Part shown: one piece after another, positions 25,484 to 38,878 of the stretch
Layout of the letters: the number at the start of each line of letters is the position of its first letter
Position numbering within the stretch: position 1 is the first letter of the stretch
Notes under the pieces: generated by a model
Seen by the model: only the letters and a program-made list of their open reading frames with translations
What the model was told of the DNA's origin: nothing
Databases searched by the model: none
Assembly (NCBI RefSeq): GCF_001194135.2
Contig: NC_068990.1
Span: forward strand, 79,914,170-79,978,169
Reading direction: 5' to 3'
Length of the DNA stretch: 64,000 nt
Origin: Octopus bimaculoides
Lineage: Eukaryota
Made by a program: the position numbers and the translations under genes

Positions 25484-27393
25484 AACATTAAACTGCTTCG
25501 AGTAAAGCATAAACAGTAACGATCCGAGTAAGTTCAAGGTTCAGAGACGAATGAAGGTCGTGTTATTTTGCAGCGAAGTCGGAAGCTGTCGGTGGGTTAG
25601 TTTACAAGGAATATTGATTGTTGGTTCGTAAAGAGACTTGTTATTTCGTTAAATTGTTTTTACTGTTGTCTGGTTATCTTATTGTACATAATAAGTTACG
25701 TTACAACATCTGGCGACGAGGGTTTTGAAGCTTATGTAGGTTATTTAACAACTTGTTCGTGATGCAACTTGTTAAATAATGGAAGACCTATTAACTTCCG
25801 TAGTATAGTTGCAAAAACAACAAGAGCAGTAACAAGACTTGCAGAAGCAACTATTACAGTAACAACTACAACAACAATTATTTGAGCTATGTTCAAAGAA
25901 GTTCAAAAATGAGATACGTTCGTTTTTGCCACACGGTTTCGAACTCGATTAATGAATTCAGTTATAACTCAGAGGAGGGTATAACTTTTGCATCGTACTA
26001 CAGAAGGCACGAGGAGATTTTAAACAAGATCGCAAATCATGGTCGGACGAACAAAAAGTGAGATTATTATTGCGAAAATTAGCTCCGTTAGAGCATGAAC
26101 GTTACTGTAATTTCATACTGCCCCAAAAAACAAATGAAATTTGTTTTAAAGAAACAATAGAATCACTGTCCAACATATTTGGTGATAAAACTTCTCTATT
26201 TAACACTCGAATGGAGTGCTGAATATAAAGAGAAAAGAGAATGATGATTTTATCACTTATGCAAGAACAATCAACAGGTTGTGTGAAAGTTTTAAACTCA
26301 AAGAACTTACACCCGAGATGTTCAAGTGTTTTATTTTCGTACAAGATCTTACAGCAAGCGAAGATACAAATATTGGTGCAACGATTCTTTTTAAGTTGGA
26401 ACAAGCATACGAAGATCTAATCTTACAGTCCGTGGCAGAAGAATGACAAATGATGGTAAACATGAAACATGATGTAGAAAAAATCCAAGTAAAGAATTCC
26501 ACAAAAATACAGATATACATATAGGCGCAGGAGTGGCTGTGTGGTAAGTAGCTTACTTATCAACCACATGACTCCGGGTTCAGTCCCACTGCGTGGCACC
26601 TTGGGCAAGTGTCTTCTACTATAGCCTCGGGCCGACCAAAGCCTTGTGAGTGGATTTGGTAGACGGAAACTGAAAGAAGCCCGTCGTATATATGTATATA
26701 TTTGTATGTGTGTTTGTGTGTCTGTATTTGTCCCCCCACCATTGCTTGACAACCAATGCTGGTGTGTTTACGTCTCCCTAACTTAGCGGTTCGGCAAAAA
26801 AGAGACCGATAGAATAAGTACTAGGCTTACAAAAACTAAGTCCTGAGGTCGATTTACTCGACTAAAGGCGGTGCTCCAGCATGGCCGCAGTCAAATGACT
26901 GAAACGAGTAAAAGAGTATATGCCGACCGGGAAAGTACCACCAAAAAAGATCGCCAAGTTCCAATCCTTGTTATGGATGTGGGGGCATACATTTCAGAAA
27001 AGACTGTCTATTTAAAAATCAAAAATGTTACAGTTGCAAAAGAATTGGTCACAAGAGTTCACAAGGTAGAATAAAATTACGAAGGTCAAATGTTAAAATG
27101 CAGAAACAAAAATCAACGTCTTTATCCCTCCGTACCGACCGAGTTACGACGACCCTTTCCGAGAGATAGACTGGTCCGAGTAAAGTATAAATAGTACCGA
27201 TCCGAGTGAGTTCAAGGTTCAGACTTCGGAGTTGAGTGAAGTTCGTGTTAATTCGCAATGAAGTCAGGTGTCGGTGGGTTAGTTCACAAGGAATATTTAT
27301 TGTTGGTTCGTAAAGAGATTTGTTATTTCGTTACATTGTTTTGACTGTTGTCTGGTTATCTTATTTATTGTACGTAACAAATTACACTACAAC
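25484..27393 (+). mobile_element. Ty3/Gypsy LTR retroelement, gag-only (pol deleted), with nested SINE
   Basis: Two diverged direct repeats (~25484-25708 ending ttacaaca; ~27125-27393), PBS tggcgacgagg at 25711, gag start MEDLL at 25779, fragments WSDEQKVRLLLRKL...LFNTRMECLN...FKCFIFVQDL, and double zinc knuckle CYGCGGIHFRKDC..KNQKCYSCKRIGH (~26965-27050). No PR/RT/IN seen between gag and the 3' LTR. Confidence 0.85.
26524..26916 (+). mobile_element. tRNA-derived SINE family A, full length, inserted in Gypsy gag
   Basis: Head ggcgcaggagtggctgtgtggtaag...ccgggttcagtccc (A/B-box like), internal (TA/TG) tract, 3' end ggcggtgctccagcatggccgcagtcaaatgactgaaac; many homologous copies in the window. 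Confidence 0.9.
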
Positions 27394-27889
27394 CTATACT
27401 AATTCAAGGTGTAAACTGAGTAAAAACAGAAAACAGGATACGAAATTATATAAATATTTTTGACGATTTTCCAGCTTTTCAATCAAGCATAAGATTTCAG
27501 ATTCAAAAGCCGTTTCAAATGCTGAACAAACGACAATAAAAGAACGTCAGTTGAAATATAATATTCTTAAATAGATTCATAAAATATCAATTTATATATA
27601 AATCTGAATTTTGAACATTGAAAATTCTAATAAGAACATTTCTCAGTTACAGATTTATAGCATATTTAGATAGATTCTTTTCGTACAGAGATTAACAGAA
27701 ACTATATCTAAATATGAAATAATAATTTTGAACTATATACGTGGCATAAGACTAACGATAATCGTGCTACTTTCATTTTGCAACTCCCAGGAGTGCAGTA
27801 ATCGAAACGTGGTCCATTAAAATTGTTATGTCTACATTGTTATGAATAGGCAATATTATATGCTGAGATTTATACTGCAACAACAATAT

Positions 27890-28005
27890 GAGAGAGAGAG
27901 AGAGAGGGAGATAGGGGAAGAGAGAGAGAGAGGGAGATAGGGGAAGAGAGAGAGAGAGAGAGAGAGAGANNNNNNNNNNGAGAGAGAGAGAGAGAGAGAG
28001 ATAGG

Positions 28006-28040
<35 letters not shown>

Positions 28041-28160
28041 GGAAGAGAGAGAGAGAGAGGGGAAGAGAGAGAGAGAGAAAGAGTGAGAGAGAGAGAGGGA
28101 GAGAGATAGGGGAAGAGAGAGAGATAGGGGAAGAGAGAGAGATAGACAGACAGAGAAATA
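27890..28160. repeat. Polypurine (GA)n with recurring gatagggga unit
   Basis: Direct inspection. Confidence 0.9.
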
Positions 28161-28855
28161 TAGATTGATAGGTAGATAGACAGTAAAAAGGCAATACACA
28201 GGCATTGAGAAACTTCGAAACGAAATGGTAAGAAATTAATATGAAGTAATAAAGTTTAAGTAGATGACTAAACACATACTCAGTTGTATGTGGCAAGGAT
28301 TAAGGATAAAAAGGAAACAAATTAAAAAAACTACAGACTAAGAAATGTATATTTTTTCTACATAAGCCCAGAGCTTTTCTTCTTTAAAGAGAGAGAAAAA
28401 AAACAACATATAATTGTTGTATTCATGCGTTTCAAAAGAGATTTAAGAACATAAACCACCGCAATAAAAGACATTATTTCTTTTGATCAAGCTTAAGGTC
28501 AGCCAAATTTGTAGGAAAATGTTTATAGTCAATGAATTTGATATCAGTATTTTACAGTTATATAATAATCAAATGAATCATTAGGTGCTGAAAAGTACCA
28601 AGGAGTTCAATTCGAGAACTGATTCAAAAACATTGATCGTCTATGTTAATAATTTCTTCTCAAGAAGCAAGAATAACTTTTGTGGTTAGTTCGAGGACAA
28701 CAACTATATCAGAATTTAATATTGCACTCAATTTATCAGTTCCGCAATAGTGACGAGTAAACACGAGATTTGAGTATATAAATAGAACTTATTGTAATAC
28801 TGAATACGTAACACTTATACTTTTGCAGCCGAACCAAGTCCACACAACAACCACT

Positions 28856-28891
<36 letters not shown>

Positions 28892-28975
28892 AAGGTAGGA
28901 CAGAAAGAACACAACAAGCGGAAATTTACAAAACGCAACATGGAAAAAAGTAAACAACAGGTTGTACGAAATCAA

Positions 28976-29338
28976 TCCGGAGAGTCCTTGCAGTTCCGCA
29001 CTCATCCCCGAGACTGCTCGAATCTGGTGAGTGCTGAGACTTAAACTAAAAGCATTAAGTCCCTGGGAAAGGCAAACGAATGTGAACGAATGTGAACGAA
29101 AACAAGTACGGAAACAAGAATGAAAAAAGCTAGAATTATACACGTACAACAGAACGCCTCTCGGTTATACAACAGAAGAAAAACAATTGTACATTTACGA
29201 ATACAAATAAATAAATAACGGAAAGGGTTTTTCGACTATCGGGCGAACACAACGTTGCTTTTATCTTAAGTCCCTGGCACTCGCCGGATTTGAGCAGTCT
29301 CAAAGATAATGAGTGCGAAACTGCAAGGACTTTCTGGA
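28976..29338. repeat. Inverted pair of ~70 bp repeats
   Basis: 28976-29044 versus reverse complement of 29266-29338 (gtccttgcagtt(c/t)cgcactcat...gagactgctc(g/a)aatc(t/c)gg(t/c)gagtgc). Confidence 0.85.
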
Positions 29339-29476
29339 CTCTGACTGAAGAGGAAATCGGCTGCGAATGATCCGTGTTTCTTGTTTTTGTCCTGGTTGTC
29401 GTTTGTTATGTTATCGTCTATTCTTCTACATGTGTTTTGTTGATTTCCGCTTGTTGTGTTCTTTCTGCACTACCTT

Positions 29477-29527
<51 letters not shown>

Positions 29528-29786
29528 GACAGAGAGTGCTAGTCAGCACCGGCATTGCTAGAAATAAGAACCAAACTAACTCTTAGCCACGTGAGAGCAC
29601 TTTTCTAACGACTGACGAGGAAGACAAGCTCTGAAGTGCTCTCACGTTGCTAAGGATTGTTTTGACTCTTATGTCTTAATAGTTCAGCGTAGGTATTCTC
29701 TTTTACACTGAACCTCAGCTTTATGTTAACATCCGCTGGGCAGCGGATTTCTACAACTGTACACAATTGTATGTATGTATGTATGA

Positions 29787-29857
<71 letters not shown>

Positions 29858-30773
29858 GTTACACGATGGGCTTTTATACATTTTCGATCTACCAAATTCC
29901 TTCACAAATTCCTTCACTGGCCGACCTGTAATCATAGTAAAAGACACCCAAGTCAGCTTTAATTAAGCTCATTTATTAGTTTTGAGGCGTTGTTTAACTC
30001 CAAGTCATGTCTGATCAAACAGACTGTAGTCATAGCTAAAGACGTTCCTTGTGTGACCTTTCCATCTTTTGATGTTATATCACAGAATATTTTATCTGAC
30101 GCGCTCCTTTTGCTATTTTGGCAGTAGTAGAAGGAGTAGAAATGGAAGTGGTAAAGGTAGCGGTGGTTGAGCAACATGTGCTGGTAGTAATAATAGCAAT
30201 GAAAGTGATAGAAATGGTGGTGCTTGTGTGCAGTGGTAGTGCTGTTGGTGGTGGTTGGCGTTGTATTAATCGTAGAATAGGTGACTTATAGTGCTCATGA
30301 TGATATTAGTGGCAATTTTCTTGACTGCATTCAATATAAGATGGTGGTTATTTATGGCGAAATTGTGGCGTAGAATCATAACTATAGCAATTTGTTGGTG
30401 TGGTTCTGATGAGAAGAAGCATTATTGTGACAGTAGTGGTGGCTGTAATGTTCTATAGTAGTGGTAAGATGTAGTGTTAACTGTGACAGCTGCGGTAGCA
30501 GCTCTAACAGTAATGGTTGTATCATTGGTTGTCGTGGTGAAGACGGTGGTACATGGTGGTGGTGTAAGTGGTTTGTTATGTTTCTTCATTACCGTAAAAT
30601 TGACAGGAGTATCACACATACACATATACACACGCACACAACTTAAATACATTCTCGCTATTATGTACGGAACCGAACGCATGCACATTCATACACAATA
30701 TCTATCTCGCATATATTCAAATAACACACACACACACCCACACACACACCCACACACACACACACACACACAC

Positions 30774-30815
<42 letters not shown>

Positions 30816-31412
30816 GCAGCATATATATTGGAGATAAATTGATGTGGATATTTAAAGAGAAATGAGAAAGATGAAAGTCGGCATTTATCAAAGGGGGAAA
30901 GTTTTCCCCACACACACCCTACTTCTGAAGAGTTTCTGTGTGCGCATTTGTGTGTGTGTGTGTGTGTGTGTGCGTACATATGTATATATATATATATAAA
31001 TGCACAAATATAAATATATATATATATATATGTATACATATATAGATTCATAAATATATATATGTGCGTATGTTTGTGTATATATATATGTACACATACA
31101 TACGTAAACACACACGAATATATACATAGATAAAATTGAGAGGAGGAGACTGATATAAAGGAATCGAAGGAAAATAAGAAATATGGCCATATTACAGTGT
31201 AGTCTTTAGCTAAAATATGGTAAATTACACATACACAAATTTAAACACTCATTAGAGATTAGCGACCAAGGAATTTCTAATACGCGCAGATAAACTCACA
31301 TATTTATGTATGTATTTATATATGAATGTTTATGAATGGATGTTAAATTTGTTTAAAAAGCTAAACACTTTGTATAGTTTCTAGCTGTTTGGTAGATTGT
31401 TGTTTGTTCTTT

Positions 31413-31645
31413 CTCGAGCCATGCCTGGGTCTTAAGGGCCGGTTTCCCGGTCTCATTGGCGTATTGGCTCCCCACCTGGACGGGACGCCGGTTCGTCGCA
31501 GGTGAGCTGCTAGATCCTGGAGGAAAGAGTGAGGGAGACTTGTGGCGAAAGGGTCAAGAGAAGTTCACCGGAGCAGCGTTTGAGCTTAGGCGTTTTGCTC
31601 ATAAACACATACATCGTCCGGTCTGAGATTCGAACCCGCAATCGC
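31413..31645 (-). mobile_element. SINE family D (V/Meta-domain-like core)
   Basis: Minus strand has B-box-like gcgggttcgaatctcag and core cacctgcgacgaaccggcgtcccgtccaggtgggg, resembling the V/Meta SINE conserved domain. Confidence 0.6.
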
Positions 31646-31917
31646 TCTTCATTTTATTCGGGCACAATGTATCTATGTAACTGAGACTACGATATTTACT
31701 GTGTTCAGTTTTTCTTTCAAGATGGTAGGTTTGCATTTGAGAAAAAAAGTGTTTGCTATTTATAGCAGAATCTCCGTCCATGGCATAAGTTTCATATATA
31801 TATATATANNNNNNNNNNNNNNNNNNNNNNNNNNNNNNNNNNNNNNNNNNNNNNNNNNNNNNNNNNNNNNNNNNNNNNNNNGCATGTATATGTACATATA
31901 TATATGTGTATAAAACT

Positions 31918-32283
31918 CGACACCGTCGGTCACGAATGACCATGGGTGCACCTAAGAGGTTCGCCTCCGGGGTACAAGTCTTTTCGGAAAGTCGCCTTAC
32001 CGGCGAACGTACAACGTAAGGTTGTTTTTATGGAAGACCAACAGTCGCCCATGCATACCAGCCTCCCACTCTCCACGCCACCGATGTTATCCAAGGGAAA
32101 GGCAAAGGGGCCGATACAGCTTGGCACTAGTGACATCGCAACTCATTTCTACAGCTGAGTGAACTGGAGCAACGGGAAATAAAGTGTCTTGGTCAAGAAC
32201 ACAACATACAGCTCGGTCCGGGAATCGAATTCGCAACCTCACGATCGTAAGCTCGACGCTCTAACCACTGAGCCATGCGCCTT
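31918..32283 (-). mobile_element. tRNA-derived SINE family C (Nin/Deu-like central domain)
   Basis: Reverse-complement head ggcgcatggctcagtggttagagcgtcg...ttcgattcccgg; central gtgttcttgaccaagacactttatttcccgttgctccagttcactcagctgtagaaatgag. Domain name is from recalled consensus. Confidence 0.8.
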
Positions 32284-32592
32284 CAATATATATGTATATA
32301 CATGTATATTAATATGCATGTGTTTGTGTGTATGCTCATTGTATTGTGTTTGTACGCGTGCGCATGACATTTGTGATAGATGAATGGCATACGACGTATG
32401 CCTCGCATTAATCGTATGTGAAACCTATAAAAAGAGCGCCATGAAATATGCAGTCTATATATATTGATTGCGCAGAACATCTCATGTCCCCTCCTATGTG
32501 TTTGTAAAGTAGCACAAAGGTTGCTGAAGCAGCAGCAGCAGCAATGATAGTAACAGGGGTATCATGATCCTGGTGATCATCGCCATTGTAAA

Positions 32593-32642
<50 letters not shown>

Positions 32643-33076
32643 TCATATTCCAGTTTGCATGGCGTAAAATGTGTCACGATGGATCCCAAACAATTTGAGT
32701 TGCAGAAAGAAGAACAATAGAACAATATACCGCAACCAACAGACACACTTGCCCAGTCCCCGGAAAAAATCAAAATCATCAATGTCTCCATTGCAACTTT
32801 ATAGCAAAATCTGTACCTGGACTGACATTACATTCACGCATCCATCGCAGATAGATGCATCTTACTGTTCTTTTTCTCTTTCTCTTTCTATTACTTTCTT
32901 TAACTTTAAGTCCACTCCTTCAAACACTCATACGTCGAAGCTAATGGGAGCGACCATCATCATCATCATCATCATCATTATTGTTGTTGTTGTTGCTGTT
33001 ATTATTATTACTATTACTATTATTACTCTGAAGACCCTCGGATAGTTCTTAATTACCGGTTATTCTTTACCTTAAA

Positions 33077-33108
<32 letters not shown>

Positions 33109-33569
33109 GTTGTAGTAGTAGTAGTAGCAGTAGTTGTAGTGATAGTGGGGTAGCAGCAGCAGCAGCAGCAGAGCTGATTTATATCTATTACGATGTTTGC
33201 ATCTATTGTGTTCAGCGATGAACATTCTTTTGAATTATATCTGAAAACGTGCTGAAAAGATTCGTAGCGCTAAACGGGTTTCTTTGCACTTCCCTAGTTG
33301 AACTTTTAGTCTAGTCCACTTTTTATTACAAACAGCTACTTGATATCTAGTCTCAGAAAAACTTTATGCCTTGATACACCTGCTCTTAGTGCAGTGTTTC
33401 TTTACACCCCTCATGAGTATTGCATGCTCTACAAAAGTTAGTAAATGCGTGTATTCTCTTTAACCTAATCTACACCATAATAAAATTTAGAGTGTTTGTT
33501 TTGTTGTCAGCGTGCACGTGCGCGAACATCTGCAAATATGTGTCAAGCTAGATGGTTATGGATAGAAGG

Positions 33570-33836
33570 ACTATTCTGTCTATATGTCTGTGCACACCTT
33601 TCAATGCAATGTTTGTCAGAAGGTCTGCAAATCTAACGAAGGTCTCAAAAGACATTTTAAGATCTACAAAGATCAGAACTTAATTGCAGCTCTTGGTGGT
33701 CCAATTCGGATATGCAATCTATGTGGGTGTCTTTTCAAAACAACATTGTCTGGTTTAGAAAACAACATCAGATACCATGATGGTTCTAAGGTGTAGGTAC
33801 AGAAGGTGGTCAAACTCTGCATAAGGAGTAGACAAC

Positions 33837-33840
<4 letters not shown>
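33570..33840 (+). mobile_element. Probable RTE-clade LINE 3' end with C2H2-like zinc-finger tail
   Basis: ORF 33584-33796 FQCNVCQKVCKSNEGLKRHFKIY...[20 protein letters not shown]. The C..C....S..GL..H pattern is typical of RTE ORF ends; it lacks the TGEKPY linkers of host C2H2 clusters; ends at a (TA)n tract. Confidence 0.55.
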
Positions 33841-33875
<35 letters not shown>

Positions 33876-33910
33876 CATACATACATATACATATATTATG
33901 TGTATATATG

Positions 33911-33984
<74 letters not shown>

Positions 33985-34041
33985 AACATACATATGTATA
34001 TATATATAAATATATATGCATACACACATACATATATATAT

Positions 34042-34099
<58 letters not shown>

Positions 34100-34109
34100 G
34101 TATATTTTT

Positions 34110-34335
34110 ATGCGTGTGCCTTTGTAGCAGTGTTTGTCCCCACCCCGCTATCGCTAAGCAACCGATGCTGGTGTGTTTACGTCTCAGCAACATAGTAGCG
34201 TTTCGGCAAAAGTGACCGATAAAATAAGTACTAGGGCTTACAAAGAGTAAGTCCAGGCATCGATTTCTTTGACTAAAACTCCTTAAGGCAGTGCTCCACC
34301 ATGTCCGCAGTGAAATGACTGAAACAAGTAAAACT
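34110..34335 (+). mobile_element. SINE family A, 3' half
   Basis: Same conserved blocks (aaccgatgctggtgtgtttacgt; aataagtactagg; tgactgaaacaagtaaaa). Confidence 0.8.
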
Positions 34336-35639
34336 ATGTATATATATATATATGTATGTATGTATATATGCATACATATATACTTACCTACATATATGAG
34401 TGTGTATATGTATGTATGCATATATACATACATACAAACATAATTTTGCTGACTGTTGAAGTTGTACAACAATTATCATATGTTGTTGTAGCCTGTAGGA
34501 ATTTATTATTCTCAAGTAATGATAAAGAGAATATATTTAATTCTAAGAATTATAGAATATAGCTTTGAAAGCAATTTGTAGTATGTAAATCAGTAAATGA
34601 CCTCATAGCGGAAACGAAGATCAAATTTTCAATCAGTAATGATAGATATATACAAACATGCATAAGCTGGTCAATATAGATAAAGCAATTTAAATAGCAG
34701 TAAAACTCTACTGACTTCAGTTTTATGGAAATATAATATTTATATTCTAATATATTATACCTCTATTGAAGACAATATGCTTTAATATAAACATTCAATT
34801 ATAATGTCTCCATAAAAGTGCATGTAAATTCTTTTAGGTATGTATTTTAATTATTTGAATTAGTTATAAAAATTCCATTGAAAAATAAATGTGTAGAAAA
34901 ATAAAAAAACAAAATTGAAAAACAACTAATAAATTACTAAAAAGATAATCTACAATCAATCAAGTGATTCTATGTCTGTTGTTAACTTCATTTTTATTTA
35001 AAAAATGGCGTCCCTATGGGCCGTAATATATAATTATCAATCAATAATTATTCATGGAAATATTAAGTATGTGATATGTATTAGTGGCAAGTTTTGAAAA
35101 ACCTATGAATATGCATGATTTAAAAAAACATTTAAAAATAATAAAAAAAATGCTGATTGCTTAATCTCTGCACATAAGCATAACTAACTATATGTTTAAA
35201 AAAAAAACAGCTAAAAGCAACCTTTCATTTTATTTGATCTGTTATCAAGATCAAGGCCAATATTTTTATGTAGACTAAATCATTAATAATAAAATTATAA
35301 AATTAACAAAATGTTAAAAGGTGTTGAGTGGAAGCAATCAAGTTGCTATAAGTTTGGAAAAATGTCAAATTCATTGTTTCCTGTATGTAGAATGTTTACA
35401 GCCAAGTTGTAAAAGAAGGGGATGGTTTAATTATTATATATGTGCTAAAAGATTTAAAGGGAAATTCATAGTATCATCACCAGGGTACGAATTTGTTTGA
35501 CAATAGAAGTGTACTTTGCGGATCTTATGGCTGCATGTCTTATCAACTTCCTCCGAGTTCTTATTAATTAGTAGTCCTAATTTAATTTCCACTATTTCTG
35601 CTCTAACCAGTATAAGTTGTGATATTCAATAGTTTCTCA

Positions 35640-35835
35640 AGGCAGCAAGCTGCAGAAACGTTAGCACGCCGGGCGAAATGCTTAGCAGTATTTCGTCTGT
35701 TTTTACGTTCTGAGTTCAAATTCCGCCGAGATCGACTTTGCTTTTCATTCTTTCGGATATCGATAAATTATCAGTTGCGTAGTGGCGTCGATCTAATTGA
35801 CTGGCTCCCTCCCCCATAAAATTTCGGACATTGTT
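35640..35835 (+). mobile_element. SINE-like family B
   Basis: gcagaaacgttagcacgccgggcgaaatgcttagc...gttcaaattccgccgagatcgactttgc...; homologous to 55288, 57803 and 43528. Confidence 0.8.
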
Positions 35836-38750
35836 TTACATGTGGGCTTTTTAAAGCTTTATCTGTCTATATGTTTCAAATTCGTATTAGAACGGCAATT
35901 TTCATATGCCAAACTATAGCTATTTGCGTAACGTTTGGATAAAATTATATCCCACTCTGCAACTAACTCTACCTAGGAACAGAAATGACCTAAGAATCTA
36001 TTCATTATCTGTAGAAATCACCTCAGAAACACAAAAACAAACAACGAGCAGTAATAAGAAGCGGAGACATAAATATAGAACGAAATCCAGTTTAAAACAA
36101 CAAGGAAATTTCCCTCCTCTGCTACCTACCCTATGACATGATTTTGGCATCCAAAGCAGCATCATTACTTCTGGTGGTGCCAAACAATTTTAGAAAAATT
36201 CAAACGTTGTTTGAGTGTGTGCACTCCAAATATTTGTGCTAGGTTCACAAATAATAAGCGTACACCTTCCACATATCTAATTATATGATAAAATTAGAAC
36301 ACACAACTAACCGCATTCAAGCTTAATAAGAAAGGCATAAAAGACATAGAATGATCAACTTACAAATTCTACATGTCAACTTATTCGATACAAACCAAAA
36401 TTTACAAATGAATTGATTACAATTAACAGACATATACATTTTAAAAATTAAACATATTAACAAATAAAGGTATACCATGATTCAAAGAACCACATATGCC
36501 GACAGCTTACAGTGTCAAAAAATACCATCATAGAACCAATATTTCAATGGTCTATCTTTAAGGACTTCCACATACAAAAGAAAGAATCCAAGTACTAACA
36601 TGGAATCGCATATGTAAATTAAGGCATAATACGGAAGTCACTATTACAATCCAATGATAAAAAAGACACCAAGCCACTCCAAGGGCAACGCTATTCAAAT
36701 AACCCAAACATACATTTTAATCAATAAATGAACGTGATTAAGACTTAAGCAGTTACAATATCATTCTAAGTTTCAGTTGTGTAACTAAAATGCAAGATTG
36801 ATATAATGCTGAATTTATTTAAAATGTCATTGTGTAAATCGAGACGGCAATTATATTGATTAATTTTCTAGCATTAAAAACTTGCTTAATTATACACGCA
36901 ATAAGATTATTAGTAACTTGAAACAGTAATTCCTTTCTATCATTTACTTCCGAAATTTTACTGTTTATGCTGCAAACACACTATATCCTAGTCAACTAGA
37001 TGTGCAACTATAAGATTCACTGTACTTGAAATTTAAATTAAATTCACCAAACTGTTGGAGTAATAATATTCTTATCTTGTACAAGTACAGTTATCTAGCT
37101 GCTAATAATATTATTCTTCGTTTAAAAATAAAAGCTTATTGTTTGTATTTAGTACAGGACGACGTGCACATACCTGAATAATGCTGTTAAAACTGATCAA
37201 AACATATTGTCTATGTAAATATTGTAAGAATTGCCTTCTTTAACGGTGGAATTAACGATCTTATTTGCAATTTAAACAGAAATTTTTAAAAAACTTAAAT
37301 TAAACTAGAATGACTATAACTATTAAACTTTGATTCAATGCTAATTATTCTAGGAAATATTACTGTATGATTAAATAATTATTTGAATGAATGAAAACTA
37401 TGCAAAAGTTATGACGTTACTAGTACTGAATCTGTTACTCTTGTTATATATACCTTATATCACAAATAGATAATGATAATAATGATGACAATGATGGAGA
37501 TGATGGGAAGATGATGATGTGATGAGAAAGATGATGAAGAGTATAATGATTATTTTATTATTTGATCACACATATCACCACTAATATGCACTCTCTCAAA
37601 AATTCAAATTATCTGATCACAAATAACATTGATAAATAAATCAAAAACTAAAAGGTCGAAATCCATTTAAATTTGCGTGAAAATGTAATTTTTGGTTGAA
37701 TTTACGACTTCAAAGATGTTTCTGTAATAACGGCGTAATTTAAAAAAAAAGATATTTAAAATCTAATATGACGGATATAAAATAAGATGTTTAATGCAAA
37801 CTTACATAGTCTAGAATATGCCCACCAAATATTTAAATATTAGAGCGATGAATTTCCAACAGCAGTAATAAATCCTCAGTTAAAGGCACTTTTGTTATTT
37901 GCCTGTATAGAATAATCTGGAAAATGAAAATCCTAAAAGCAAAAAGGAAAGAAGAAAAAACTGAAAAAAAAAAAGAAATGAAAAATTGTCTGTTATAGTT
38001 AACTTTGCGGCAAATGTTTAATTTAATTACAGCTATTCAAAAGACCCATTCAGTTAATTCATAATTTTTAGTTGAGTATTTGTAGTAAAGCTAATTACAA
38101 TATCCATTAGTCACACATACTATTAAGACACATTAAATCATAATATTTTTACTTCAACGTTTCAAAATTCTTTTACTAATTTAGTATTTTCATTCGCATT
38201 GTAATTTCGTGTTATTGTCAGTCTCTCTAAAAGAAAACGAAAAAAAAAAAAAAAGTAAATGTATGTTTAAATAGACTTCCGACATAATGAAATTTTATCC
38301 TTAAATGTAATAAGCCATTCTTCCGATCTGAAAATGTAATGTATCACACTTTCACAAGACATAACCGAAATAGATAAACATAAATGACATGAGTTAAATT
38401 GGATATATGTCACGTTAGACATCTTGTATTACAAACGTTACTGAAAAATATATTTAAATTTACACATCTACACACACTCACGCATCCAAATATACGGACA
38501 AACATGAAGTGCCTCTGTATACTTGTTTGACTTGTTAGAAATAGTAATCCAATCTCAATCCAATATCTATGACATTAAAAGAGATACACTAGATAATGTA
38601 GTCCAACGTAATTAAGGAACTCTTTGATCAATACCGACACACTAACATTCCGGAAAAACGGACCATTATGTGGTTATTCAATGTGTTTAGGACGCTGTTA
38701 ATGAAATTTATGCTCGACAGGCGCTGATCTGGGATTACAGCAATACTGAA

Positions 38751-38804
<54 letters not shown>

Positions 38805-38825
38805 ATATACATACAAATGTACATA

Positions 38826-38878
38826 TAGGAGTGGCTATATGGTAAGTAGCTTGCTTACCAACCACATGATTCCGGCTT
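38826..38878 (+). mobile_element. SINE family A, 5' head fragment
   Basis: ggagtggctatatggtaagtagcttgcttaccaaccacatgattccgg matches the head of the 26524 copy. Confidence 0.7.

Noticed and set aside
26524-26600. tRNA-like sequences (also 32200-32283 and 39492-39560)
   Set aside because: They are SINE heads continuous with SINE bodies; no complete cloverleaf.
33584-33796. Host C2H2 zinc-finger gene of the cephalopod ZNF expansion
   Set aside because: Only two imperfect fingers, no TGEKP linkers; the pattern fits a LINE ORF C-terminus better.
35900-36720. Possible Penelope-like ORF remnant
   Set aside because: A-rich coding-like skew, but I could read no diagnostic RT or GIY-YIG motif.
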